DNA of 64,000 nucleotides from sequence record PV805632.1; one strand, written 5' to 3'. This DNA comes from a phage. Below are positions 9,359 through 18,257 of the stretch, one piece after another. Position 1 is the first letter of the stretch; every line of letters starts with the position of its first letter. The notes below the pieces were generated by a model. That model searched no databases. It saw nothing but the letters and a program-made list of their open reading frames with translations, and was not told the origin of the DNA. Position numbers and translations under genes: made by a program.

Positions 9359-10462
9359 ATGAAAATCGAACTGATTTCTATCATCGCACTGGCAGTTGAC
9401 AGTCGAAACCTCACACTGTGGAAGCCTGATGGCTCCACGGTTGTATACCCTCAGAGCGACCCACGGGTTGCTCGTATTGTATCTGAAGCACAGACTAAAG
9501 GTCTGGGCACTACCCAGGATCAAATAGAAGTAAACATTGCACCAGAAGTAGAACTTCGTACTGAATACCTGGAAGCAGAGAAGAACACCAACGGATTCGT
9601 TCGTTTCTTTAAGGTAGCTAAAGCTAAACTCAAAGAGTTCTTCGAAGATGGTACAGGTGTTTCACCAGCCCGTACCGTTTCAGATATTAAGCTGGGTAAT
9701 CCTACTAAGACACTAGTGTCTAAAGCTATGGATACTTTTCTGGCTGTCCAGGCTAATGAACCAGAAGTAACGGTAGCAGATGGTTACTACGACAAACGTG
9801 ACAATCTGATGTGGGTTACCGGTTGGGATAAAGACCATAACCATCTTGCACTGGTTCGTTTTATTGACTACGTACTTTGTTGGAGTCATAAGCATACTGA
9901 TCATATTCTTGCACAGGAGTGGCCTATTGCAATTCGTGCAGTATCTGATGATGAAATGGGTGAGTTTGCTAAACAAGCCCAATACATCAAAGGTGTACAC
10001 ATTGTATTTACCAACCGTGGAGAAACACCACTGCCTTACGTGGAAGTAGCTAAAACCTCGAACCAGGATAAGCTGGCTGCTGCTTCAGAGAAACTGGCTG
10101 CATTAGGTGCTATCAGTACTGATGACACTAACTTCCATACTGATGTGAAGGAAGATGAAGTGGTTGTTGCTGTTACCAACAATGGGGTTATCCCTGGGGT
10201 TGAGAACCTGCAACGCCACCTGCGTCAGTCTGCCAAGCTGAAAGACTATAAGGGCTTTACTAAGTTCCTTGAGCGTCTGGCTCCGGTTATTAAAGACCGT
10301 CTGCACTCAGTGGAAGACCTGATGAAGTTCATGGAAACTGCTGAACTGCCTATCGCTGATGATGGCTCTATCCTGTTCCTGAAACGACTTAAGTTCAGAG
10401 GTGAAGAAATGGTAAGCGTGTATTCGTTGACTGTCACTCAGGCAACATTCGTCAGTGGGTAG
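9359..10462 (+). CDS. rIIB: rIIB-like protein, N-terminal segment (possibly a frameshifted single gene with 10543..11403)
   Basis: 367-aa ORF immediately after rIIA; the next frame is open from 10405 and the two ORFs together give about 680 aa; assignment by position and size only. Confidence 0.45.
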   Translation: MKIELISIIALAVDSRNLTLWKPDGSTVVYPQSDPRVARIVSEAQTKGLGTTQDQIEVNIAPEVELRTEYLEAEKNTNGFVRFFKVAKAKLKEFFEDGTGVSPARTVSDIKLGNPTKTLVSKAMDTFLAVQANEPEVTVADGYYDKRDNLMWVTGWDKDHNHLALVRFIDYVLCWSHKHTDHILAQEWPIAIRAVSDDEMGEFAKQAQYIKGVHIVFTNRGETPLPYVEVAKTSNQDKLAAASEKLAALGAISTDDTNFHTDVKEDEVVVAVTNNGVIPGVENLQRHLRQSAKLKDYKGFTKFLERLAPVIKDRLHSVEDLMKFMETAELPIADDGSILFLKRLKFRGEEMVSVYSLTVTQATFVSG

Positions 10463-10542
10463 GTTGTAAAGTACAGGTACGAGAAGACCTGGTAGACCCT
10501 GACCGTCGTCAGGACTGCTCTAATGGTCTGCACGTAGCATCT

Positions 10543-11403
10543 ATGAGCTATATCCGTACCTTCGGTGGTAACGTAACTATCCTTGGTAAAGTAGCACCAG
10601 AAGATGTATTTGCTGTTCCTGAGTACAACACTAATAAGATGCGTGTAGCTGCGTATCACATTATTGCTGAACTACCAGAAGAGGAACGTTGCAACGTTAA
10701 CAATGGTATCTATCTGTCTAATACAGAAGTGGGTAAGAAGTTACTTAATGATGCCATCGTTGGGAACCATAGTTCACCTACCACACTTGTTATGGTTGGT
10801 GGGCATCGTGGTACTAACCTCAAATACACCAATCTATCGTCTGGTTCTGTAGAACAATTCCGTACAGTTGCTAATAAAGAGGCACTGAATATGGAAGAGT
10901 CACTGAATGAAGCTGTAGCTGCTGAACCAGTGAAGGCTACTGACCTTAAACCTATTGTTAATAAGGCTCCTACCGTGAAAGAACAAATCCAGGAACTGAT
11001 TAAAGAGTTCCTTAACGCTGCTACTCCAGAAGATAAATTAGCTGCTGCTGATTTACTTGTGGAAATGCGAGGTAAGGCTCGTAAGCCATGGGCTGCTTTA
11101 GGTGTTGGTTCCGATGTGGTATCTAAGATTGCTGATGTACGTAGTACTCGCATTCCTGCACCAAAAGCGAAACCAGTGAAGAAAACTAAGGTTCACCGTT
11201 CGGCTACTGCTACTAAGGTAGCACCGTCTGGTAAACACGCTGATAATCTGCGTAGCATCCTGAATGATACGTCCTACTCTGACTATCAGAAAGGTCATGC
11301 TCTGCAAGACTATAAGCGTCATGCTAAGAAGTCATTCACTGCAATGGGTCTGACTGAAGAAGAAGCTAAGTTAGCTACCAAGCTGGTCAAGGCCGTTAAG
11401 TAA
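10543..11403 (+). CDS. rIIB-like protein, C-terminal segment (frame open upstream to 10405, no RBS at ATG 10543)
   Basis: 286-aa ORF; its frame continues 46 codons upstream and overlaps the end of 9359..10462. Confidence 0.4.
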   Translation: MSYIRTFGGNVTILGKVAPEDVFAVPEYNTNKMRVAAYHIIAELPEEERCNVNNGIYLSNTEVGKKLLNDAIVGNHSSPTTLVMVGGHRGTNLKYTNLSSGSVEQFRTVANKEALNMEESLNEAVAAEPVKATDLKPIVNKAPTVKEQIQELIKEFLNAATPEDKLAAADLLVEMRGKARKPWAALGVGSDVVSKIADVRSTRIPAPKAKPVKKTKVHRSATATKVAPSGKHADNLRSILNDTSYSDYQKGHALQDYKRHAKKSFTAMGLTEEEAKLATKLVKAVK

Positions 11404-11418
11404 TAGCCTGTTCAAATG

Positions 11419-11442
11419 CCCTCACTTATAATAAAGTGAGGG
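11419..11442 (+). promoter_or_regulatory. 9-bp stem-loop just after the rIIB-like stop (terminator-like, no U-tract)
   Basis: CCCTCACTT-ATAATA-AAGTGAGGG. Confidence 0.4.
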
Positions 11443-11465
11443 TAAATTTGAAGAGGAAATGTACT

Positions 11466-11861
11466 ATGAGTTCTGTATACAGAGTTAATCGCAAAGCAAC
11501 TGATGAAGACATCATTCGTATGAATGCTGTTGGTCTGTCCCTCGCAACTATCGCTAAGACGTTGGGGGTTCACCCCACTACGGTTACTTTGCGATTGCGT
11601 TCTTTAAACATTGAACCAGCCGACACACGTCGGACGTTCATGGAGAATGTACTCCGTCCATTACCAACCCATGTGGTAGATTGGCTATCAGAGCAAGTTG
11701 GTCCTGCTTATGAGATTCGTTCATATGTAAGGGACTTGATTCTGGAGGCATATAATAATCGCCACCTTAACCAAGAGAGTGAGCATGACAAGTTCATCCG
11801 TTTGTACGCTGGAAAACACACGGCAATGGTTTCTAAAAGCCGTACCAAATCCGACGAGTAA
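11466..11861 (+). CDS. small putative DNA-binding protein (helix-turn-helix-like)
   Basis: ATG 11466 with AAGAGG 9 nt upstream; segment GLSLATIAKTLGVHPTTV resembles an HTH. Confidence 0.45.
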   Translation: MSSVYRVNRKATDEDIIRMNAVGLSLATIAKTLGVHPTTVTLRLRSLNIEPADTRRTFMENVLRPLPTHVVDWLSEQVGPAYEIRSYVRDLILEAYNNRHLNQESEHDKFIRLYAGKHTAMVSKSRTKSDE

Positions 11862-11882
11862 GAATATTAGTACCCAGATTGG

Positions 11883-12239
11883 TTGCCATCTGGAAGAAGT
11901 AGAGGAAATGCTTCAGACCATTTATCCAATGGTAGTTACGATGCAGAACTACTACAACGTGCACAGGATGCCATTACAAATCTGGCAAACCATATGAAGC
12001 GTAAGGCCGATGCCTACCGTATTGACGTTAGTACTGACCTGCTGGATGCACTGGCAGACCAGATTGTTACAGCAACTGGCGTCGGTACTTTCCTTGGGAT
12101 GAATGTCCCCGGAGCATTGGCTGAGGTCAATCGCTCAAACTATTCCAAGTTCGAAGATGGGGAACCTATCTTCAACGAGAACAAGAAAGTCATGAAGGGG
12201 AAAGATTATACTCCCCCTGATTTAAAACCTTACATCTAA
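11883..12239 (+). CDS. putative MazG-like nucleotide pyrophosphohydrolase, C-terminal part (N-terminal motif lies in another frame, 11779..11997)
   Basis: TTG-start ORF; LLDALADQIV and EVNRSNYSKF resemble MazG-like helices; HLEEVEEML (EExxE-like) is in the overlapping frame. Confidence 0.35.
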   Translation: MPSGRSRGNASDHLSNGSYDAELLQRAQDAITNLANHMKRKADAYRIDVSTDLLDALADQIVTATGVGTFLGMNVPGALAEVNRSNYSKFEDGEPIFNENKKVMKGKDYTPPDLKPYI

Positions 12240-12259
12240 CCCTCTACGGAGGGTTTTTT
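12239..12259 (+). terminator. rho-independent terminator
   Basis: ACCCTC-TACG-GAGGGT followed by TTTTTT directly after the stop codon. Confidence 0.6.
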
Positions 12260-12272
12260 ACTGGAGATTTAA

Positions 12273-13583
12273 ATGTTTTCCAAACCTACCAAAGCCCCAT
12301 TGAACCAGGGGCAAGAAGCGGTTGCGAAGGAGTTCTTCGACTTCCTGCTCGACCCTAATGCCACAGAGTTCGGAATCAGTGGACCTGGAGGAACTGGTAA
12401 GACATTCCTGATGTCGCACCTCATTGATGACACTATGCCTGCATATATGGAAACCTGTTCTCTAATGGGAACCAAGCCTCTGTATAACGAAGTTGTCATG
12501 ACTGCGACCACGAACAAAGCTGCTGAAGTTCTGGCTCAAGCTACTGGGCGTCCAACGTCTACCTATCATTCCTTCCAGGGGCTGATTGTTAAGAATGACT
12601 TTAAAACCGGTGAGGCTACTGTCGTACCGTCTAAGTCATTCGCTATTAAGAAGAACAAAATCATCTTCGTAGACGAAGCATCCATGATTGACCGTCAATT
12701 ACTTAAGTATGCACGTGAAGGCACTCACCAGTGCAAACTGGTATTCGTAGGTGATGCTTCTCAGCTTCTGCCTGTTAAAGAGAGTAAATCTCCAGTGTAT
12801 GCTGGCAATATTCCAACACACTATCTGACTGAACAGATGCGTACCGATACACCAGAACTCAAAGCGTTGCATCAGCAATTGCGTGATACGGTGGAAGGTA
12901 AGACAGGCTTCCTGCCTATTAAATGTATTCCAGGCATTATTGACTGGGTACAGGGGGAAGAGATGGAGAAACTGGTTCTCAGTCACTTCACTCAACCCAC
13001 CAATAGCCGCATTGTTGCTTACACCAATGACCAGGTTATTAATTACAATAACTACATTCGTGAAGCTAACGGTTACGTGGGGGAATATTCCATCGGTGAG
13101 CAGCTAGTTTCTAACTCAGCCGTTCGCTTGGGCGTGGAAGACCGTCTGTCTATTGAGCAGGACGTAAAACTTATTGACCAGGATAGTAGTACTCGCATGA
13201 TTCAAGTCACGGGAGACCTGGAACTGGAAGTCCGTGATAGTACTCTAGACCTTGGTTATGGTGGTATTGTTAGTGAAGTACCAGTTCCTACCGACCCAGA
13301 CTACTTCAACCGTTTGGTTAAGTGGTTAGGTAAAGAGAAGAACTGGGAACCTTACTTCCGCCTTAAAGAAACCATTCCAGACCTGCGTGCTACTCATGCA
13401 TGTACTGTTCATAAATCACAAGGCTCTACTTACGACACAATCTTCATTGATGCAAATGACCTCTCAAGCTGTCGCCAACCTGATATGGTTGCCCGTCTGC
13501 TTTACGTCGCTGTGTCTCGTGCCCGTAAGCGAGTAGTGTTCTATGGCAATCTTGCCAGTAAGTATGGTGGTCTAACTTTCTAA
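12273..13583 (+). CDS. SF1 DNA helicase (Dda/RecD-like)
   Basis: Walker A GPGGTGKT, Walker B IIFVDEASM, C-terminal helicase-like motifs (TVHKSQGST, VAVSRAR). Confidence 0.8.
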   Translation: MFSKPTKAPLNQGQEAVAKEFFDFLLDPNATEFGISGPGGTGKTFLMSHLIDDTMPAYMETCSLMGTKPLYNEVVMTATTNKAAEVLAQATGRPTSTYHSFQGLIVKNDFKTGEATVVPSKSFAIKKNKIIFVDEASMIDRQLLKYAREGTHQCKLVFVGDASQLLPVKESKSPVYAGNIPTHYLTEQMRTDTPELKALHQQLRDTVEGKTGFLPIKCIPGIIDWVQGEEMEKLVLSHFTQPTNSRIVAYTNDQVINYNNYIREANGYVGEYSIGEQLVSNSAVRLGVEDRLSIEQDVKLIDQDSSTRMIQVTGDLELEVRDSTLDLGYGGIVSEVPVPTDPDYFNRLVKWLGKEKNWEPYFRLKETIPDLRATHACTVHKSQGSTYDTIFIDANDLSSCRQPDMVARLLYVAVSRARKRVVFYGNLASKYGGLTF

Positions 13584-13593
13584 GGGAGGGTAT

Positions 13594-14124
13594 ATGCCTC
13601 AGATTGGTTCAGCGACTATTGGTCAGGTTGCCAATAGTAGTGAGATAGTCAAACACCTGTTCTTAGCAGAGCTGGTTCGTCTTGATGGTGTGTTAAACGG
13701 CATTATTGATAAGAATGATCGTATCAATGGTGTAGATGTATCGGCTGGATTCCTTCACCAAGGGGAGTTCTATCAGCGTTCTAACGCTACCAGACCTCCA
13801 ACCTACGGTGAGCGATTAACACTTAATCCAGAACTTTGGCCTGCAATGGACAAGTATCTGAAAGCCTCCAGTCGTCTGATTATGGAAGTACACCTTGTGA
13901 ACCAGACTGTATATCGTCTGGTTCGTGGTTGTATGTCCTATCAGGATGTACGTGATGCTTTACCTGAATGTCTGGTAGCACAAGACCAAACTGGTCAGTA
14001 CAAAGGACTACCACGTACTCGTGAAGCAGCTTGGACTCTTGCTGGTGACGCTATGGCAATCAAACAGTATGAGAAGATTCTACCTTCTATTGAGTACTAT
14101 GCAGCTTCACATCTGATCTTCTAA
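13594..14124 (+). CDS. hypothetical protein
   Basis: 176-aa ORF between helicase and polymerase. Confidence 0.5.
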   Translation: MPQIGSATIGQVANSSEIVKHLFLAELVRLDGVLNGIIDKNDRINGVDVSAGFLHQGEFYQRSNATRPPTYGERLTLNPELWPAMDKYLKASSRLIMEVHLVNQTVYRLVRGCMSYQDVRDALPECLVAQDQTGQYKGLPRTREAAWTLAGDAMAIKQYEKILPSIEYYAASHLIF

Positions 14125-14133
14125 GGTAAAGCT

Positions 14134-16713
14134 ATGCGTTACATCACCTCTCAGGATACTGGCAAGTATCCTATTGCTATCCTCGGTCATCAAATCCGAA
14201 GGGAGGAGATGATTAAAACCTACCTGCTGCCTTATGACCTAAGCATGGAAGATTTCATCTTCCTTGAACTCCATTCTGCCCCCGGCAAGAAGAAAACTCC
14301 TGCAAGGGAGATTAAAGAGTTCATACAGCAGGAACTACAGCAAGTACTGGATGATGCAGAGACTCAGTACATTATCTGTACCGATTCTGACTACTTCAAA
14401 ATACTGACTAAAGAAGCTAAAGCAGAGGCTAACCTCGGCTATGTTTGTGATTCAGTATGGGGTAAGCAGAAGGTTATCTATACACCTAGCTACAGACAGG
14501 TCTTTTATGACCCACCTGTAGTGAAAGCCAAGATTGCTCAGGGAATGGATGCATTACTTAACCACATTCGCGGACAGTATGCTGAACCAGGGCAGGGAAT
14601 AATTGAGTTTGAAGCCTACCCAGATACACCCGAAAAGATTAAAGCCTGGTTGGACCAGTTGCTTGAGATGAATAAGCCTCTGGCTATAGACATCGAATCG
14701 TTCGGTTTAAAGCACTATAACGCAGGTATAGGAACGATTACGTTCTGTTGGAGTAAGACACAAGGCATAGCCTTTAATGTGGACTATGAGCCGATTAAGG
14801 GGGCTACTGAAGCTCCTTATGGGCGTATTAACAGGAACGATGTTGTTCGTAACCTGTTACGTGAGTTCTTCATTAAGTACACTCAACGGCAGATGTATCA
14901 CAACATTAGCTATGACGTGTACATACTTATCTATCAGTTATTCATGGATAACCTGATTGATACAGAAGGCTTACTACATGGCATGGAAATCATGCTGCGT
15001 AATTGGGACTGTACTAAGTTAATCACCTACCTGGCTACTAACAGTTGCGCCGGTAATCACCTTAGTCTGAAAGAACAGGCTCAGGAATATGCTGGTAACT
15101 ATGCTCAGGACGATATTAAAGACATACGTCTTATTCCTAATGAGCAACTGTTACGCTACAACCTCATTGATGGTTTATGTACGTGGTACACCTACGAGAA
15201 GCACTGGGATACTCTCATTGCTGATGACCAACTGGATGTTTACAACAACATCTTTAAACCAGCCTGTGAAGACATTATTCAGATGCAGTTAACCGGTATG
15301 CCCATGAACATGGAAACCGTTAACCAAGTGGCTGAAGAGATGGAAACTGACAGGAACCAGGCTTTGAAAACTATTCGTGAATCTAAGCTCATGAAGAATT
15401 TCACCCTGATGCTGCGTCAGGAATGGGTAGATGATAAGAATGCTAAGCTTAAGAAGAAGCAGGTAACACTGGCTGATTGTGACATTGAGTTTAATCCTAA
15501 CTCCGGTCCTCAATTACAGAAGCTGTTATTTGATTATATTGGCTTACCGGTTCTTGGTCTTACTAAGAGCAAGCAACCTGCTACTGACGGTGACACTATT
15601 AAAGCACTGCGTACACATACGCAGAGTGAAGATGTTAAGGAACTGCTCAATGCACTTATCGACTATAAACTTGTGGATAAGATTATCACTAGTTTTATAC
15701 CAGCTTTCAGGAATGCCCAACCGGGGCCGGATGGCTGGCACTATCTGTTCGGAAACCTCAATCTGGGAGGCACAGTCTCCGGCAGGTTATCGGCTTCAGA
15801 GCCAAATCTACAAACAATTCCATCCGGCTCTAAATATGCCAAGAAGATTAAGAAATGCTTCGAAGCCCCTCCTGGCTGGATATTTTGCGGTTTGGACTTC
15901 GCCTCGCTGGAAGACAGAATATCTGCATTGACTACTAAAGATCCTCAGAAACTTAAGGTGTATACCGATGGTTACGATGGTCATAGTCTTCGTGCGTATG
16001 CTTACTTTGGCGAGCAGATGCCAGATATAGTAGACACAGTTGAGTCAATCAATTCTATTCAGACGAAGTACAAGCACTTGCGCAGCGATTCTAAAGCCCC
16101 AACATTCTTGCTTACCTATGGTGGCACGTATATGGGCTTGATGAAAAACTGTGGCTTCTCAGAAGAGAAAGCTAAAACAACAGAGAAGCGTTATCACGAT
16201 CTCTATGTAGTTAGTGATGCGTGGGTTCAGGCTAAGCTAGACGAAGCTGCCAAGACTGGCTATGTTACTGCTGCATTTGGTTTGAGAGTGCGTACTCCTT
16301 TACTGGCTCAGGTATTACGTGGGACATGTAAGACTCCATATGAAGCAGAAGCTGAAGGTAGAACTGCTGGTAATGCTTTAGGGCAAAGCTGGTGTCTACT
16401 TAATAACCGTGCTGGTTCAGAGTTTATGCGTAAAGTCAGAGCCAGTGAGTTCAGGTTAGATATACGTCCTAGTATTCATATTCATGATGCTCAGTACTTC
16501 ATGATTCGTGACAACATGGATACTTTGCAGTACACGAACAAGCATTTGGTTGAGGCTGTTAACTGGCAAGACCATCCTGATATTGCTCATCCAGAAGTTG
16601 GTTTGGGTGGGGAACTATCCTTGTTCTACCCAACGTGGGCTAACGAGATTGAGATTCCAAATCACGCTACCCCGGAAGAAGTTCATCAAATAATTCAAAA
16701 GGCATTCGCATGA
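14134..16713 (+). CDS. DNA polymerase, family A, with 3'-5' exonuclease domain
   Basis: 859 aa; exo motif DIESFG, YHNISYDVY; motif-B-like KAPTFLLTYGG; motif-C-like HIHDAQYF. Confidence 0.85.
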   Translation: MRYITSQDTGKYPIAILGHQIRREEMIKTYLLPYDLSMEDFIFLELHSAPGKKKTPAREIKEFIQQELQQVLDDAETQYIICTDSDYFKILTKEAKAEANLGYVCDSVWGKQKVIYTPSYRQVFYDPPVVKAKIAQGMDALLNHIRGQYAEPGQGIIEFEAYPDTPEKIKAWLDQLLEMNKPLAIDIESFGLKHYNAGIGTITFCWSKTQGIAFNVDYEPIKGATEAPYGRINRNDVVRNLLREFFIKYTQRQMYHNISYDVYILIYQLFMDNLIDTEGLLHGMEIMLRNWDCTKLITYLATNSCAGNHLSLKEQAQEYAGNYAQDDIKDIRLIPNEQLLRYNLIDGLCTWYTYEKHWDTLIADDQLDVYNNIFKPACEDIIQMQLTGMPMNMETVNQVAEEMETDRNQALKTIRESKLMKNFTLMLRQEWVDDKNAKLKKKQVTLADCDIEFNPNSGPQLQKLLFDYIGLPVLGLTKSKQPATDGDTIKALRTHTQSEDVKELLNALIDYKLVDKIITSFIPAFRNAQPGPDGWHYLFGNLNLGGTVSGRLSASEPNLQTIPSGSKYAKKIKKCFEAPPGWIFCGLDFASLEDRISALTTKDPQKLKVYTDGYDGHSLRAYAYFGEQMPDIVDTVESINSIQTKYKHLRSDSKAPTFLLTYGGTYMGLMKNCGFSEEKAKTTEKRYHDLYVVSDAWVQAKLDEAAKTGYVTAAFGLRVRTPLLAQVLRGTCKTPYEAEAEGRTAGNALGQSWCLLNNRAGSEFMRKVRASEFRLDIRPSIHIHDAQYFMIRDNMDTLQYTNKHLVEAVNWQDHPDIAHPEVGLGGELSLFYPTWANEIEIPNHATPEEVHQIIQKAFA

Positions 16714-17015
16714 CTAAAAGTACTAAAGAAACCGTCGTCAAAAAATATCATTGGATGGTGGCAGCACAGGTAATCTTCCAGCTTCCTAAAGCCGATGATG
16801 GTTCCCTGCTTACCATGAACACAATGCTGCTCACTGACGAACCTCATGTGACTTATAAAGATTTGGCCCGTGTCAATCACTCCCTGAAAATTAGTCTGGA
16901 CCAGCGTTTCGACACCTCAGTTGACCTGAAAGATATTGTTTATCTGTCTCTTAGCAACCTGGGTCTGATGTCTGAACCAGAGTTCCAGGCAAACATGATT
17001 CCCAAGGGGGAATAA
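16710..17015 (+). CDS. hypothetical protein
   Basis: 101-aa ORF, 4-nt overlap with polymerase. Confidence 0.45.
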   Translation: MTKSTKETVVKKYHWMVAAQVIFQLPKADDGSLLTMNTMLLTDEPHVTYKDLARVNHSLKISLDQRFDTSVDLKDIVYLSLSNLGLMSEPEFQANMIPKGE

Positions 17016-17299
17016 TGACTAAGCTCTCCGGTGGTCTTAATAACTACTATGTAGTTTCAATTAAGAATCCCCAACGGAAAGAGCAAGAGCCATATCAAGC
17101 AGAGTGTGAGGATATTATCCAAGCACTGGGCATGACCTTCGATGAAGGTTGTGCCTTTAAAGCTCTATGGCGAAATGCTGCTGCCCGTATGGGTAATGGT
17201 AAACCTGGCAACTCTTCAGTGTACGACTCAGAGAAGATTGTGCATTATGCCAATCGAATATTGAAAAAGGCTTACAATGAAAGTAACCAACAATCATGA
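17015..17299 (+). CDS. hypothetical protein
   Basis: 94-aa ORF, overlaps the upstream stop. Confidence 0.45.
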   Translation: MTKLSGGLNNYYVVSIKNPQRKEQEPYQAECEDIIQALGMTFDEGCAFKALWRNAAARMGNGKPGNSSVYDSEKIVHYANRILKKAYNESNQQS

Positions 17300-18257
17300 T
17301 GTCTCACTGGCTCTGGCTGTATGGCTATTACATGATGAGTATGATTATGTAGACAATCCCAAGTACCTGTCTGCTACTACATTGCTTAAGCCCATTAAGC
17401 AAATCGTCATGAAGCATCGTGTAGATTTTAGTGACCAGTCCATTGATGTTATGGATTTTGTTTCCACATCAATGGGTACTGGCTTACATGATTCTATCGA
17501 GAAAGCCTGGAAGCTAGGCCATAAGACTGCATTGAAGAAGCTAGGTTATCCTCAGCGAGTAATTGATGCAGTAGTCATTAACCCAACCAAAGAAGACTTT
17601 GCTGCTAACCCTGACCTTATCCCAATCTACATTGAACAGCGTGGAACCAAGCAGGTTAAGGGATGGACTATTGGTGGTAAATTCGACATCGTAACAGAAG
17701 GTCTGTTGCAAGACTTCAAGTCTACCTCAACCTATTCCTGGGTTGCTGGTTCCCGTGATGATGAACACAAGATGCAAGGCAGCTTGTACCGTTGGATTCA
17801 CAACGACATCATTACTGAGGATGTCATTCGTATTAACTACATCTTCACCGACTTCATGAAACACATGGCTAACAGCAATCCGAACTATCCTGCTAATCGT
17901 ATTATGCATAAGGATATACCATTGCTATCTGTCGAGAAGACTGAGCGTTGGGTGGAAGAGAAGATTCACTTAATCGAAAAGTACTGGGATGCACCTGAAG
18001 AGGAAATCCCTGAATGTACTGACGAGGAGTTGTGGCGAACAGAGCCACAGTTCAAATACTTCTCTGATGCTTCTAAGGTAGATGTACCTGGGGCCAGAAG
18101 TACCAAAAACTTTGGCGATATGGCATCTGCCCGTATCTTCATGGCTGAAAAAGGTGGCAAGGGTGCTATCAAGGTTGTGGAGGGGCAGGTTAAACGCTGT
18201 TTATATTGCCCTGTCGCATCCATTTGCAAACAAAGAGAGAGATATTTTCCATCATGA
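17277..18257 (+). CDS. PD-(D/E)XK-family nuclease with C-terminal Cys cluster (Cas4/RecB-like exonuclease)
   Basis: GKFDIV ... LQDFKSTS (D...D/E-x-K-like) and C-terminal CLYCPVASIC (CX2CX5C). Confidence 0.5.
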   Translation: MKVTNNHDVSLALAVWLLHDEYDYVDNPKYLSATTLLKPIKQIVMKHRVDFSDQSIDVMDFVSTSMGTGLHDSIEKAWKLGHKTALKKLGYPQRVIDAVVINPTKEDFAANPDLIPIYIEQRGTKQVKGWTIGGKFDIVTEGLLQDFKSTSTYSWVAGSRDDEHKMQGSLYRWIHNDIITEDVIRINYIFTDFMKHMANSNPNYPANRIMHKDIPLLSVEKTERWVEEKIHLIEKYWDAPEEEIPECTDEELWRTEPQFKYFSDASKVDVPGARSTKNFGDMASARIFMAEKGGKGAIKVVEGQVKRCLYCPVASICKQRERYFPS

